The notes under the pieces are model-generated. The model was not told where the DNA came from. It was given only the letters and a program-made list of their open reading frames with translations, and did no database searches. This document shows positions 1 through 9,246 of a DNA stretch of 64,000 nucleotides, piece after piece; position 1 is the first letter of the stretch, and each line of letters opens with the position of its first letter. The position numbers and the translations under genes were made by a program. Source of the stretch: an uncultured Clostridia bacterium (GTDB lineage Bacteria > Bacillota > Clostridia > Christensenellales > CAG-138); contig CAMHJE010000001.1 in NCBI GenBank assembly GCA_946185305.1, forward strand, positions 23,636 to 87,635, given 5' to 3'.

Positions 1-524
1 GCAATGCCGCCGCAGGAGCTGTCGGTAATCTCGTTGCCGAGCCCGTCCTTGGTATAGCGGTCGTCGAAAAAGCTGAGGTTCGAGAAGTTCATCAGCAGGC
101 GGTAGCGCACGGTGCCGTTCACCTCGACGAACGTACCGTCCTCCTTGCTGTCCTCGCCGAAATTGACTTTGACGCGCTGATTCACATAGCCGCGTTCCTT
201 CAAGCCCGGTTCGGTGTAGCCGTGCCCGTATTCGTCCAGCGACAGCACGACGACGCCCCGGCGCGCCAGCTCAATGGCATACGCGGCGCAGGTTTCGCGG
301 TCGTTCTGATAGCCGTGCAGCAGCAGGATGCCCGGCGCGTTCGCCGCCCCCTTTGGCGTATACAGCTTATAGGCAAGGTCGCCGCGCTCGGTCTCGATCA
401 TGCCCTGCGTAATCTCGATGGCGCCGCCTGCCGTCTGGATCGCGTTCGCCCCGATCATGCAGACCAATATCGCCGCCAGCAGCACGCACAGGATCACCGC
501 CCACTTGGTTCGCACTTTGCGCAT
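1..524 (-). CDS. Membrane-anchored alpha/beta-fold hydrolase; 5' part only, the 3' end lies beyond the window start
   Basis: Hand translation from ATG at 522-524: MRKVRTKWAVILCVLLAAILVCMIGANAIQ...PGILLLHGYQNDRETCAAYAIELARRGVVVLSLDEYGHG. It has an N-terminal TM helix. A GGGGGAG RBS sits just upstream, and the frame stays open to position 1. Confidence 0.6.
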   Translation of the reverse strand, partial: MRKVRTKWAVILCVLLAAILVCMIGANAIQTAGGAIEITQGMIETERGDLAYKLYTPKGAANAPGILLLHGYQNDRETCAAYAIELARRGVVVLSLDEYGHGYTEPGLKERGYVNQRVKVNFGEDSKEDGTFVEVNGTVRYRLLMNFSNLSFFDDRYTKDGLGNEITDSSCGGI

Positions 525-569
525 GAAATCTCCCCCCTTTTCTCCTTCTTGGATTGTATACAGAATAGC

Positions 570-600
570 ACAAACCCCTTGCCGAGCGCAAGAGGTTTGT
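570..600 (-). terminator. Strong hairpin downstream of rarA; possible intrinsic terminator with a poor U-tract
   Basis: Minus strand reads ACAAACCTCTTGC-gctcg-GCAAGGGGTTTGT, a 13-bp stem with one G.U pair. It is followed by GCTATTCTG and lies 49 nt after the rarA stop. Confidence 0.4.
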
Positions 601-648
601 ATAGAAAATGTAAATTTATAATAAAATTTTAAGAATCACAAAGCGCCG

Positions 649-1971
649 TCAGTCATTCTTATGCGCCTCGCGCCATGCCTTGATCTGTTCCAATCGCTCT
701 TTGAACCGCGTTTCGAGGCCCTGTTCGGTCGGACGGTAGTATTCGCGGCCCTTGAGCGAATCCGGCAGGCATTGCATATTGGCGATCTTATCCTTGGTAT
801 CGTGCGCGTATTGATAGCCCTTGCCGTAGCCAAGGTCCTTCATCAGCTTAGTCGGCGCGTTGCGGATCACAAGCGGCACCGGCTCGGCGAGCATCTTCAC
901 CGCATCGTCCCGCGCAGCCATATAGGCGACCTCCATCGCGTTCGACTTCGGCGCAAGAGAAAGGTACGTGACCGCCTGCGTCAGATGCACCGTACATTCG
1001 GGCATCCCGATAAAGTGACACGCCTGATACGCCGCTACGCACAGCTCCAGCGCCCTCGGATCGGCCAGACCGACATCCTCACTTGCAAACCGCACGACGC
1101 GCCGCGCGATATACAGCGGGTCCTCGCCGGCTTCGAGCATCCGTGCGAGCCAGTAGATCGCGGCGTCCGGATCGGAATTGCGCATGGACTTGTGCAGCGC
1201 GGAGATCAGATTGTAATGCTCCTCGCCGCCCTTGTCGTACAGCAGCGATTTTTTGGAGATGCATTGCTCGACGGTTTCCTGCGTCACGGTGATACGGTCG
1301 CCGTCCATATCGCCGTTCAAAACGACCATTTCAAGCGTGGACAGCGCGGTTCTCGCATCGCCGTTCGCAAAGCCCGCAATCGTTTCGAGAATCTCCTTCG
1401 GGCAGTCCACCGCAAGGTTCCCGAACCCGCGCGGATCGGTGAGCGCGCGCGAAAGCAGCCCCGCAAGGTCGTCGCTCGACAGCGCCTGCAGCACGAACAC
1501 CTTGCAGCGGGAAAGAAGCGCGCCGTTGACCTCGAAGGAGGGGTTTTCGGTCGTCGCACCGATCAGGATGATGCTGCCCTTTTCCACGAACGGCAGAAAT
1601 GCGTCCTGCTGCGCTTTGTTGAAGCGGTGGATCTCATCGACAAACAAAATCGTCTTTTCCCCGAAGCGCAGATTGTCCTCGGCCTGCTGCATGACCTGCT
1701 TGATCTCTTTGATGCCGCTCGTGACCGCGGAAAAGTCGATGAACCGCGCTTTGGTCGAATTCGCAATGATCCGCGCCAGCGTCGTTTTGCCGACGCCCGG
1801 CGGACCCCAGAAAATCATCGACGAAATGCGGTCGGCCTCGATCAGCCGCCGCAAAATCTTCCCTTCCCCGATCAGGTGGCGCTGCCCCACGAACTCTTCG
1901 AGCGTGTTGGGCCTAAGCCGCGCCGCCAGAGGGCGGGAGGTATCGGTTTCAAAAAACGTTCTCTGCTCCAT
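649..1971 (-). CDS. rarA: Replication-associated recombination protein A (AAA+ ATPase RarA/MgsA)
   Basis: Walker A GPPGVGKTTLARIIA and Walker B ILFVDEIHRFNKAQQD, with a MgsA-type C-terminal domain. Start chosen at MEQRTFFETD (ATG 1969-1971) rather than the ORF-track start at 2016, which would overlap pheA by 44 nt. Confidence 0.9.
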   Translation of the reverse strand: MEQRTFFETDTSRPLAARLRPNTLEEFVGQRHLIGEGKILRRLIEADRISSMIFWGPPGVGKTTLARIIANSTKARFIDFSAVTSGIKEIKQVMQQAEDNLRFGEKTILFVDEIHRFNKAQQDAFLPFVEKGSIILIGATTENPSFEVNGALLSRCKVFVLQALSSDDLAGLLSRALTDPRGFGNLAVDCPKEILETIAGFANGDARTALSTLEMVVLNGDMDGDRITVTQETVEQCISKKSLLYDKGGEEHYNLISALHKSMRNSDPDAAIYWLARMLEAGEDPLYIARRVVRFASEDVGLADPRALELCVAAYQACHFIGMPECTVHLTQAVTYLSLAPKSNAMEVAYMAARDDAVKMLAEPVPLVIRNAPTKLMKDLGYGKGYQYAHDTKDKIANMQCLPDSLKGREYYRPTEQGLETRFKERLEQIKAWREAHKND

Positions 1972-1972
1972 A

Positions 1973-3094
1973 TCACATTTCGTTCCGTTTCCGCTGCAGG
2001 CTGACAAGCGTCGCATAGTGCCCCGCGATCTTCAGCGTCTCGCATACGCCCGCAAGCTCGTCGAGCATCGCGCGGCCGTTTTCGGCGGTCTCGTCGCCCT
2101 CGGCCTCGACGTAAAAGTAATACTGCCAGTCCCGCATGCGCACCGGGCGGCTCCGCAGCACCTTCATATTAAAGCCGTGATCTGCGATCACGTTGATCGC
2201 CTTTGCGAGCGCGCCGGCCACGTCGTTGACCGTGAACAGTAAAAGGAACTTGCCCTCGTCGGTCCTGGGCTGCGTTTCGATGCGCGAGAACACCGCAAAC
2301 TTCGTCGTGTTCGCGCTGCTTTCGTTGATGTCGTGGTCGAGGATATCGAGCCCGTAGACCTCCGCCGTCTCCGCGCTGGCAATGGCCGCCGTGCTCGGAT
2401 CGCCGGCCTTGGCCACGCCCTTGGCCGCCACCGCCGTGTTCACCGCCGTTTCGGTTTCCCAGCCGTGCAGCCGGATATAGTCGGCGCATTGCGCAAGCGC
2501 CTGCGGATGACTGACGACTCTTTTCACGTCCGAAAGCCTTGCGCCGCGCACGCCCAAAAGATTCTGCGCGACCGGCAGGGCATAAAGCCCGTTGACGAAA
2601 AGATCGCCCTCGAACATCAGATCCATGACCTGCCCGACGACGCCCGCATAGCTGTTCTCGACCGGCAGCACCGCACATTCACACTCGCCGTTCTGCACGG
2701 CGGCGTAGGCCGAAGCAAAGTCCGGATACCCGATTGCGAGCGCGTCGGGAAAGATGCGCCGCACCGCAATGTTTGCAAACGCCCCGATCACGCCGCTGTA
2801 CGCCACGCGCATCCCCTCGGACAGCACCTGCTGATACCGCTTGGAAACGTCCATCACGTCCTGCAGAAACATCGAATAAAAGACGCGCGTTTCGTCGTCG
2901 CCATAGCGCGCCGCGCCCCTTTGCAGCACGGCCTTTTCGCGCTCGGCGTCATAGATCGGCAAGCCGTGCTCGCGCTTGTACGCCGCCACGTCGGCTACCG
3001 CCGCCATGCGCTCGGCAAACAGCGCCGCCATTTTAGCATCGACGGCGTTGATCGTTTCCCTTGCCTGTTCGAGTTGATTTTTCCGGTTTTCCAT
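1973..3094 (-). CDS. pheA: Bifunctional chorismate mutase / prephenate dehydratase (P-protein)
   Basis: N-terminal helical CM-type II segment (INAVDAKMAALFAERMA). PDT core with NTTKFAVFSR. C-terminal ACT domain LLLFTVNDVAGALAKAINVIADHGFNMKVLRSRP. Confidence 0.88.
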   Translation of the reverse strand: MENRKNQLEQARETINAVDAKMAALFAERMAAVADVAAYKREHGLPIYDAEREKAVLQRGAARYGDDETRVFYSMFLQDVMDVSKRYQQVLSEGMRVAYSGVIGAFANIAVRRIFPDALAIGYPDFASAYAAVQNGECECAVLPVENSYAGVVGQVMDLMFEGDLFVNGLYALPVAQNLLGVRGARLSDVKRVVSHPQALAQCADYIRLHGWETETAVNTAVAAKGVAKAGDPSTAAIASAETAEVYGLDILDHDINESSANTTKFAVFSRIETQPRTDEGKFLLLFTVNDVAGALAKAINVIADHGFNMKVLRSRPVRMRDWQYYFYVEAEGDETAENGRAMLDELAGVCETLKIAGHYATLVSLQRKRNEM

Positions 3095-3152
3095 GCGGTC
3101 TGTTTCCTGTTGTGTGTATTTCGGCGTTTTCGGCCGCCGTTCGCCAATTCAA

Positions 3153-3181
3153 ATGATAAACGGACTTTGCGCGTTTGACAA
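3153..3181 (-). promoter_or_regulatory. Sigma-70-type promoter for pheA-rarA
   Basis: Minus strand TTGTCA-17 nt-TATCAT, about 55 nt upstream of the pheA ATG. Confidence 0.4.
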
Positions 3182-3205
3182 GCCCTTTTTTGTCGGGCCG
3201 ATCCG

Positions 3206-4210
3206 CTATACGACGCTCTTGTAAAACCGGACGGTAAAGCGCGCGCCGCCGTCGGGCAGATTGGCGGCGGTGATCGTCGCGCCCTGCGCCGCAAGCACCT
3301 CGCGTGTGAACGCAAGGCCGATGCCGATGCTGTCGGGCGTCGCGTTTTTGCCCTTATAGTAGCGTTCAAAGATATGTCCGAGATCGGCGGGGTCGAAGCC
3401 CTCGCCGGTGTCTGTCAGCACAAGCTCGGTATAGAGCGGCGTTTCGACGGCCTCGATGCGCACGGCGCCGCCCGCGGGCGTGTGCTCCATTGCGTTTTTC
3501 AGCAGGTTCCCGATGGCCTCGGTCGTCCATGCGGCGTCGCAGGTCACGGACGCGTCATGGGCGTCCAGCGCAAGCGTCACGCCCTTCAGCTCCATCGGGA
3601 TCGCAAACGGCTCGGCGGCACGCGCAAGCAGCGTCTGTACAGCCATTTTCTGCGGGGCGAACCGCGCGGTTCCGGCGTCGATCTTCGAGAGCTTCAGCAG
3701 CGTTTCGACGAGCCAGCGGATACGTTCGGTCTGCCGCAGCAGGCCGCGCGTCAGCTCCACGCGCCGCGCCTCGGACAGATCCGTTTCCCGCAGCATCGCA
3801 AGACCGAGGTTGATCGAGGTCAGCGGCGTCCGGATCTGGTGGAAGATATCCGCAATCGCGTCGGTCAGCATCACCTTATCCGCCGCAAGGCGGTCGGTCT
3901 GTTCCATCAGGCGCACGGTCATCTTTTGGATCTCGCTGGACAGGATCGAAAGCTCGCCCTCGTTGCTGCCGGTAATCAGGACGCGCTCCTCGTCGTGCAG
4001 AATCCGGTCGAGCCGGTGCGACAGCGCGGCGATGGCGGCATAGCGCCGGTAGGTAAACCACAGGTGCAGCGCGACAAGCGATCCGCCGCTGCCGAGCGCG
4101 ATCCAACCCGCCGCACGGGGAAAGACGAAGCACAGCGCCGCCCCGAGCGCCGCAAGGCCGACGCCCAGCAGCAGCTCCTTTAGAAATTCGCGGTTCCGAA
4201 GCAGCTTCAT
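3206..4210 (-). CDS. Sensor histidine kinase (two TM helices, HisKA + HATPase_c)
   Basis: H-box FHQIRTPLTSI, N-box LLKNAMEHT, G-boxes DTGEGF and GIGLAF. Lies 1 nt after the response regulator stop. Confidence 0.9.
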   Translation of the reverse strand: MKLLRNREFLKELLLGVGLAALGAALCFVFPRAAGWIALGSGGSLVALHLWFTYRRYAAIAALSHRLDRILHDEERVLITGSNEGELSILSSEIQKMTVRLMEQTDRLAADKVMLTDAIADIFHQIRTPLTSINLGLAMLRETDLSEARRVELTRGLLRQTERIRWLVETLLKLSKIDAGTARFAPQKMAVQTLLARAAEPFAIPMELKGVTLALDAHDASVTCDAAWTTEAIGNLLKNAMEHTPAGGAVRIEAVETPLYTELVLTDTGEGFDPADLGHIFERYYKGKNATPDSIGIGLAFTREVLAAQGATITAANLPDGGARFTVRFYKSVV

Positions 4211-4211
4211 A

Positions 4212-4871
4212 TCAGTCCACCCGGTAGCCGAGCCCGCGCACGGTCTTGATCAGCGTCGGGTTTTGCGGATCGTCCTCCAGCTTTTCCCGCAGCCGCTTGA
4301 TATACACGGTCAGCGTATTGTCGTTGACAAAATCGCCGCCCGCGTCCCAGATATCCTCCAACAGCCTTTGGCGCGGCAGAAGCCGTCCCCGATTGTTCAG
4401 CAGCGTCGTCAACAGCCGATATTCGAGCGACGACAGCGCGACCGGCACGCCGTCCCTGCGAACCGTGCCGCTGTCGAGATCGACGCTGACACGGCCGAGC
4501 GTCATGCTGCTGTCGCGTCCCGCGCGGCGCAGCACGCTCTTGATGCGCGATAAAAGCTCCCGCGGCCGGAACGGTTTGGCAATGTAATCGTCCGCGCCCA
4601 TGTCCAAGCCCTCGACGACGCTGTTTTCATCGCCGGACGCGGTCAGAAAGATCACGGGCAGCCCGCGCCGTTTGGCTTCGCGGCAGACGCCGTAGCCGGT
4701 GCCGCTTTGCAGCGAGATATCGAGCAGCACCAAATCCGGCTGTGCATTGAGCAGCGCAACGGCGCCCGCCTCGTCCGGTGCGTGCAAGACCTCGTACCCC
4801 TCGGCACGCAGGTATTCGCCGAGCATCCAGACAATCGACGCGTCGTCCTCTGCCAGTAAGATCCGCTGCAT
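4212..4871 (-). CDS. OmpR/PhoB-family response regulator
   Basis: Receiver domain (ILLAEDD..., DLVLLDISL) plus winged-helix C-terminus (LIKTVRGLGYRV). Confidence 0.92.
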   Translation of the reverse strand: MQRILLAEDDASIVWMLGEYLRAEGYEVLHAPDEAGAVALLNAQPDLVLLDISLQSGTGYGVCREAKRRGLPVIFLTASGDENSVVEGLDMGADDYIAKPFRPRELLSRIKSVLRRAGRDSSMTLGRVSVDLDSGTVRRDGVPVALSSLEYRLLTTLLNNRGRLLPRQRLLEDIWDAGGDFVNDNTLTVYIKRLREKLEDDPQNPTLIKTVRGLGYRVD

Positions 4872-5003
4872 GGGTGTTCCTCCCGTATTGTTGCAATGTC
4901 CCCTTCTTCCCGCAGGGGGAAAAGGGGACGAAAAGATGAGTTGCCCGACATTGCGCGGCTGCAGCGCCTGTTTTTATGCGCCGCTTCCGTTCGCCGCAAG
5001 GCT

Positions 5004-5032
5004 ATTATATCCGATCTCCGGACAGGAAGCAA
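5004..5032 (-). promoter_or_regulatory. Candidate promoter of the two-component operon
   Basis: Minus strand TTGCTT-17 nt-TATAAT. It would give a roughly 130-nt leader containing a GC-rich hairpin at 4898-4928. Confidence 0.35.
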
Positions 5033-5043
5033 GAAAAAGGATT

Positions 5044-6708
5044 TTATACCGCTTTCCAACGGAACACCTGCGCTTCATACGGGCGCAGCGTGCCGGGGAT
5101 CGGCGCGTCATAATTGCCGAGCAAACCTTCCGCACCGTCCGCCGTATAGCCCTTCGGCAGGCGGAACGATTGCGGGCGCTCGGAAAACGAAATCATCACA
5201 AGGATGCGCTCGCCGTTATACGTGCGCGCATAGACATAGCGGCGGCCGGAGAGCCGGTCGTATTCGCGGTAGTCGCCAAACAGCAGCGTGTCGCTTGCTT
5301 TACGCAGCGAAAGGCAGCGGCGGTAGAAGTTCAGAATGCTGTTCGGATCCTTTTCCTCGGCCTCGGCGTTGATCGTCGTATAGTTCGGGTTGACATGGAA
5401 CCACGGCGTGCCGGTCGTAAAGCCCGCATTCGGTTCGGCGCTCCATTGCATCGGCGTGCGGGCGGAGTCGCGGCTCGAAACGTGGATGCGGTGCAGCCGC
5501 CACGCCTCGGGGCGCTTGGTGAAAAATGAATGGTACATATTGATCGACGCCACGTCGATATACTTGTCAATGGAATCCAGCTTGATGTTCGTCATGCCGA
5601 GCTCCTGCCCCTGATAGACGAACGGCGTGCCCTGCTGAAACAGATAGGAAACGGCGAGCGCCGTCGCGGATTCGCGGTAGAATTTTTCGCTGCCATAGCG
5701 GCTTACCACGCGCGGATGGTCGTGGTTTTCGAGGTACAGCGCGTTCCATGCCTTGCCCGCCAGCGCATACTGCCACCGCGTAAACGCGCGCTTCAGCTTG
5801 CGGAGCGAAAAGCGGTGGTGGAGGTATTCGGTGAGAAAGCAGTCCGCCATCATCGTGTCGAACTGGATCATCATATCGAGCACGCGGTTTTCGCCGGTCA
5901 GGTAGCGCAGCGCCGTCTTTACCGGCGTCATCGGCGCTTCCCCGATCTGCACCGCGCCGTATGCCTTGGCGACCGCGCGGAACTCGGTCAGGTACGGCAC
6001 AAGGTTCGGGCCGTCCTTATAGTAGGGCAGACCGTTGACGGCGGGCAGAAACGGGATGCCGTCGGGCAGCTTTTCGTGCTTCGAGATATAGGTGATCACA
6101 TCCTCGCGGAAGCCGTCCACGCCCATGTCGAGCCAAAAGCGCATAATGCTTTTGACTTCCTCGCGCACCTTTGGGTTATCCATGTTCAGATCCGGCTGCT
6201 TTTTGGCAAAGACGTGCAGATAGTATTGCTGCCGCTCCTCGCCGTATTCCCACGCAAGCCCCTCAAACTGGCTGAACCAGTTGTTCGGCGGGCGGCGCCC
6301 CTTTTTGCCAAACTTCGGGTCGCGCCAGATGTAATAGTCGCTGTACGGGTTGTCCTTCCCCTTGCGGCTCTCCAAAAACCACGGATGCTCGTCCGAGGTG
6401 TGGTTCACGACCAGATCGAGGATCACCTTCAGCCCGAGCGCGTGCGCCCTGTCCAGCACCTTTTTGAACTGGTCGAGCGTGCCGTAATCGGGATGGATAT
6501 TGCGGTAGTCGGAAATGTCGTAGCCGTAGTCCGCGTTCGGGGACGGATAGATCGGGCTGAACCAGATGCCGTCCACGCCGAGCCTTTTGATGTAATCGAG
6601 CTTATCGTATACGCCGTACAGATCGCCGATGCCGTCTCCGTTGCCGTCGGCAAAGCTCCGAATCCAGATCTGATACAGCGACAGCCGCCGAAAATCGAAT
6701 TGTTCCAT
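5044..6708 (-). CDS. GH13 alpha-glucosidase / oligo-1,6-glucosidase-type enzyme (cytoplasmic)
   Basis: GH13 regions I-IV are all present: DLVVNHTS, GVDGFREDVI, QIGEAP, YLENHDHPR. The N-terminus YQIWIRSFADGNGDGIGDL is typical of the oligo-1,6-glucosidase subfamily. Confidence 0.9.
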   Translation of the reverse strand: MEQFDFRRLSLYQIWIRSFADGNGDGIGDLYGVYDKLDYIKRLGVDGIWFSPIYPSPNADYGYDISDYRNIHPDYGTLDQFKKVLDRAHALGLKVILDLVVNHTSDEHPWFLESRKGKDNPYSDYYIWRDPKFGKKGRRPPNNWFSQFEGLAWEYGEERQQYYLHVFAKKQPDLNMDNPKVREEVKSIMRFWLDMGVDGFREDVITYISKHEKLPDGIPFLPAVNGLPYYKDGPNLVPYLTEFRAVAKAYGAVQIGEAPMTPVKTALRYLTGENRVLDMMIQFDTMMADCFLTEYLHHRFSLRKLKRAFTRWQYALAGKAWNALYLENHDHPRVVSRYGSEKFYRESATALAVSYLFQQGTPFVYQGQELGMTNIKLDSIDKYIDVASINMYHSFFTKRPEAWRLHRIHVSSRDSARTPMQWSAEPNAGFTTGTPWFHVNPNYTTINAEAEEKDPNSILNFYRRCLSLRKASDTLLFGDYREYDRLSGRRYVYARTYNGERILVMISFSERPQSFRLPKGYTADGAEGLLGNYDAPIPGTLRPYEAQVFRWKAV

Positions 6709-6737
6709 ATTGTTCCCCTTGCTTTGCAGCGATATTT

Positions 6738-8144
6738 TTATTTCTTCCTGGCGTTCAATTCCCGTTCAAGCTCCTCGGCAAACCTGGCGAACCGCTGTTC
6801 GAGCGCGGAGCTGTTCTCCTGGAAGTTCTCCATCATGCCCACGGCGGTGTCCTTGAAATCGTTGAACAGCTCCCTGCGTATGCGGCGGTGCCGTGCCTGC
6901 TCCTCCATCGTCCGCGCAGTCAGCGTGACAAGATAATCCGTCGGCAGCTTCTTCTTTTGCAGCGCGCCGGAACGCTTCTTTTCCAGTATCTCGCCATAGC
7001 CGCGGTACGCCTCGCCGACGCAGTCCCGCCACGAAAGATACAGCTCGTCCATCGCGTGCTGCCCCATTTCCTTTAAGCGCGCCGGATCGTCCAAAACACG
7101 GTCCAGCAGCGCCGCCATCGCGTCCGCCGTTTCGGGAATGATAAAGCCGTTGCGGCCGTCGGTGATACCCTCGGCGGCGCAGGAATTTTCGATCAGCACG
7201 CACGCCAGCCCGCACGCCGCGGCCTCGCGCACGACAAGCCCGTTCGTGTCGAACGTGGACGGGAACAGGAACAGGTCGGCGCGCGTGTTCCAGGCGCGGA
7301 GCACGTCGCGGTCGTAGATCGGGCCGACAAAGATGCACTTGCCGGGCGTCGCGTCGTCCATCAGGCCAAGCTCGGCTGCCTTCTGTTCGAGCATGTCCCG
7401 GTCCGGTCCCTTGCCGATGAACACCATGCGAAAATCGCGGCCCGCGTCCGACAGCTTTTTCAGCGCGTCGAGGATCAGCGGCAGCCCTTTATAGGTGATC
7501 ATGCGGCCCACAAACAGCAGCACCGGCACGCCGTCCGGCAGGTCATACCCCTCGGTCGCCTGCTTGACCGCCGCGGCGTCCGTGCGCCCCTTCGGGAAAT
7601 CGACGCCGTTGTTCATCACGCGGTAGTCGCCGGTAAAGCCGAGCGCCTTCAGGCTTTCGCCCGCCCCGCGCGAGACGGTCCAGACCTCGTCGCACGCTTC
7701 GATATTGCCGACCATCGCACGGATGCTTTCGTCCGCCATCGGCTTCAGCTTCATATAGCGCCGGATGTCGATATCGTATTTCGTGTGATAGGTGAATACG
7801 ACCGGCGCGCCGGTTTCCTCCCGCAAAAGCCTTGCGATGATTGTTGCGGAGGCGGGGCAATGCGAGTGAATGATATCGGGCGCGAACGCCGCCAGCTCCG
7901 ACACCGCCTTGCCGTCGAACGGGTTGCCCGCACGGTAGCCGTTCGTGACCGCCGCCGTGTCAAGGCTCGGATAGGCCACGACCGGATAGGCGTATTTTGT
8001 ATAGTCCGCATCCGGATACTTCGGCGTGCCGACGATCACCTTGGCGTCGAAATCCTTTTGGAGATAGTCGGCATAGTTCATCATCACGTTCACAACGCCG
8101 TCGATCACGGGCGGGAACGAATCGTTCAATAAACAAACGTGCAT
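6738..8144 (-). CDS. GT4-family glycosyltransferase with a charged C-terminal coiled-coil tail
   Basis: MHVCLLNDSFPPVIDGV N-terminus and a GT-B C-domain (FPSTFDTNGLVVREAAACGLACV). The last ~90 aa or so are rich in E/R/K. Confidence 0.8.
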   Translation of the reverse strand: MHVCLLNDSFPPVIDGVVNVMMNYADYLQKDFDAKVIVGTPKYPDADYTKYAYPVVAYPSLDTAAVTNGYRAGNPFDGKAVSELAAFAPDIIHSHCPASATIIARLLREETGAPVVFTYHTKYDIDIRRYMKLKPMADESIRAMVGNIEACDEVWTVSRGAGESLKALGFTGDYRVMNNGVDFPKGRTDAAAVKQATEGYDLPDGVPVLLFVGRMITYKGLPLILDALKKLSDAGRDFRMVFIGKGPDRDMLEQKAAELGLMDDATPGKCIFVGPIYDRDVLRAWNTRADLFLFPSTFDTNGLVVREAAACGLACVLIENSCAAEGITDGRNGFIIPETADAMAALLDRVLDDPARLKEMGQHAMDELYLSWRDCVGEAYRGYGEILEKKRSGALQKKKLPTDYLVTLTARTMEEQARHRRIRRELFNDFKDTAVGMMENFQENSSALEQRFARFAEELERELNARKK

Positions 8145-8145
8145 G

Positions 8146-9078
8146 TTATTTCACCGTATACTTCGCAAAGAATGTACATTCGTCGTCGTTGCACTGCACG
8201 CCGATCGGGTTCTTCACATTGACGTGGAACACGTGCGGCGGCTTGTTGGCTTCATCCCCATAGATATGCAGCTCGGCCGTGACGCCCTTCGATTGCAGAA
8301 ATTCATACATCGGTTCGGCATAGGGCAGACACATATCCCCGGTCGCGCTCATCACAAAGGCGGGCGGGAAGTCCGCGGTGATGTACGGGAAGATATCGAG
8401 CTGCGCCTTTTGGCTCTCGTCCGCGAGATAGTAGGCTAAAATCCCGTCCATCCCGGACTGGTCGTAGACGCCGCAGTTCAGCGCCGTCGCGCGGAGCGTA
8501 AAATCCGGGATCGAAAGGCCGAGAAGCGCAGCGTATGCGGGGTTCGTGACCGCCGTGGTATACTGCGCATTCAGCTGCGCGCCCGCGCTGTCGCCCACGA
8601 AAAAGATATTGTTCGTGTCGATATGGTATTCGTCGGCGTGCTCCGATACAAAGCGCATCACGCTGTTCGTGTCCTCAATCGCCGCCGGATAGCGGTTTTC
8701 GGGCGCGAGGCGATAGGAGAAATTCACGACCGTGTACCCGTGCTCGGCAAGCTGCATTCCGTAATACTGATAGATCTCCTTGGAGCCGTAGGTCCACCCG
8801 CCGCCGTGAATGTTCACAATGGTCGGCAGCTTTTCGGTCGTGCCCTTGGGATAATAGATATCGAGCATCTGCAGCCTGTCCTCGCCGTAGCGAATGTTGT
8901 CTATGCGCATAACATCCTCCGGCGACTGCAAACCGAGATCACGGAAAAAGTCCGAGATCCCGAATGTGATCCTTGTCCAGCGGTACGACGGCAGCTTCAT
9001 CAAAATCACCCCCACGATCAGCAGTACGGCGACCGCCGCGAGCGCGACGATCCATCCCTTTTTTCGCTTTGTTTGCAT
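8146..9078 (-). CDS. Membrane-anchored esterase/lipase, HSL (family IV) type alpha/beta hydrolase
   Basis: N-terminal TM helix, oxyanion motif HGGGW and nucleophile elbow GDSAGA. Confidence 0.85.
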   Translation of the reverse strand: MQTKRKKGWIVALAAVAVLLIVGVILMKLPSYRWTRITFGISDFFRDLGLQSPEDVMRIDNIRYGEDRLQMLDIYYPKGTTEKLPTIVNIHGGGWTYGSKEIYQYYGMQLAEHGYTVVNFSYRLAPENRYPAAIEDTNSVMRFVSEHADEYHIDTNNIFFVGDSAGAQLNAQYTTAVTNPAYAALLGLSIPDFTLRATALNCGVYDQSGMDGILAYYLADESQKAQLDIFPYITADFPPAFVMSATGDMCLPYAEPMYEFLQSKGVTAELHIYGDEANKPPHVFHVNVKNPIGVQCNDDECTFFAKYTVK

Positions 9079-9246
9079 AACGCCTCCGATAAAACCCGAA
9101 CAGGTTCGTTTTCGCCTCTATTATACGCTTTGTGCCTGCCGTGCGCAAGACAAAATGCGCCGCGCTTCGGCAGGGAATCCCTTGCGCTTAACGGTTTTGC
9201 ATGGTAAACTATACGTAAAAGGAACCGCACACGGAGGGGAATGTGC

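Noticed and set aside
3095-3205. Possible T-box or other riboswitch leader upstream of pheA.
   Set aside because: The spacer is only 111 bp, and about 55 nt of that is predicted leader. This is far too short for a T-box, and no specifier or antiterminator structure is visible.
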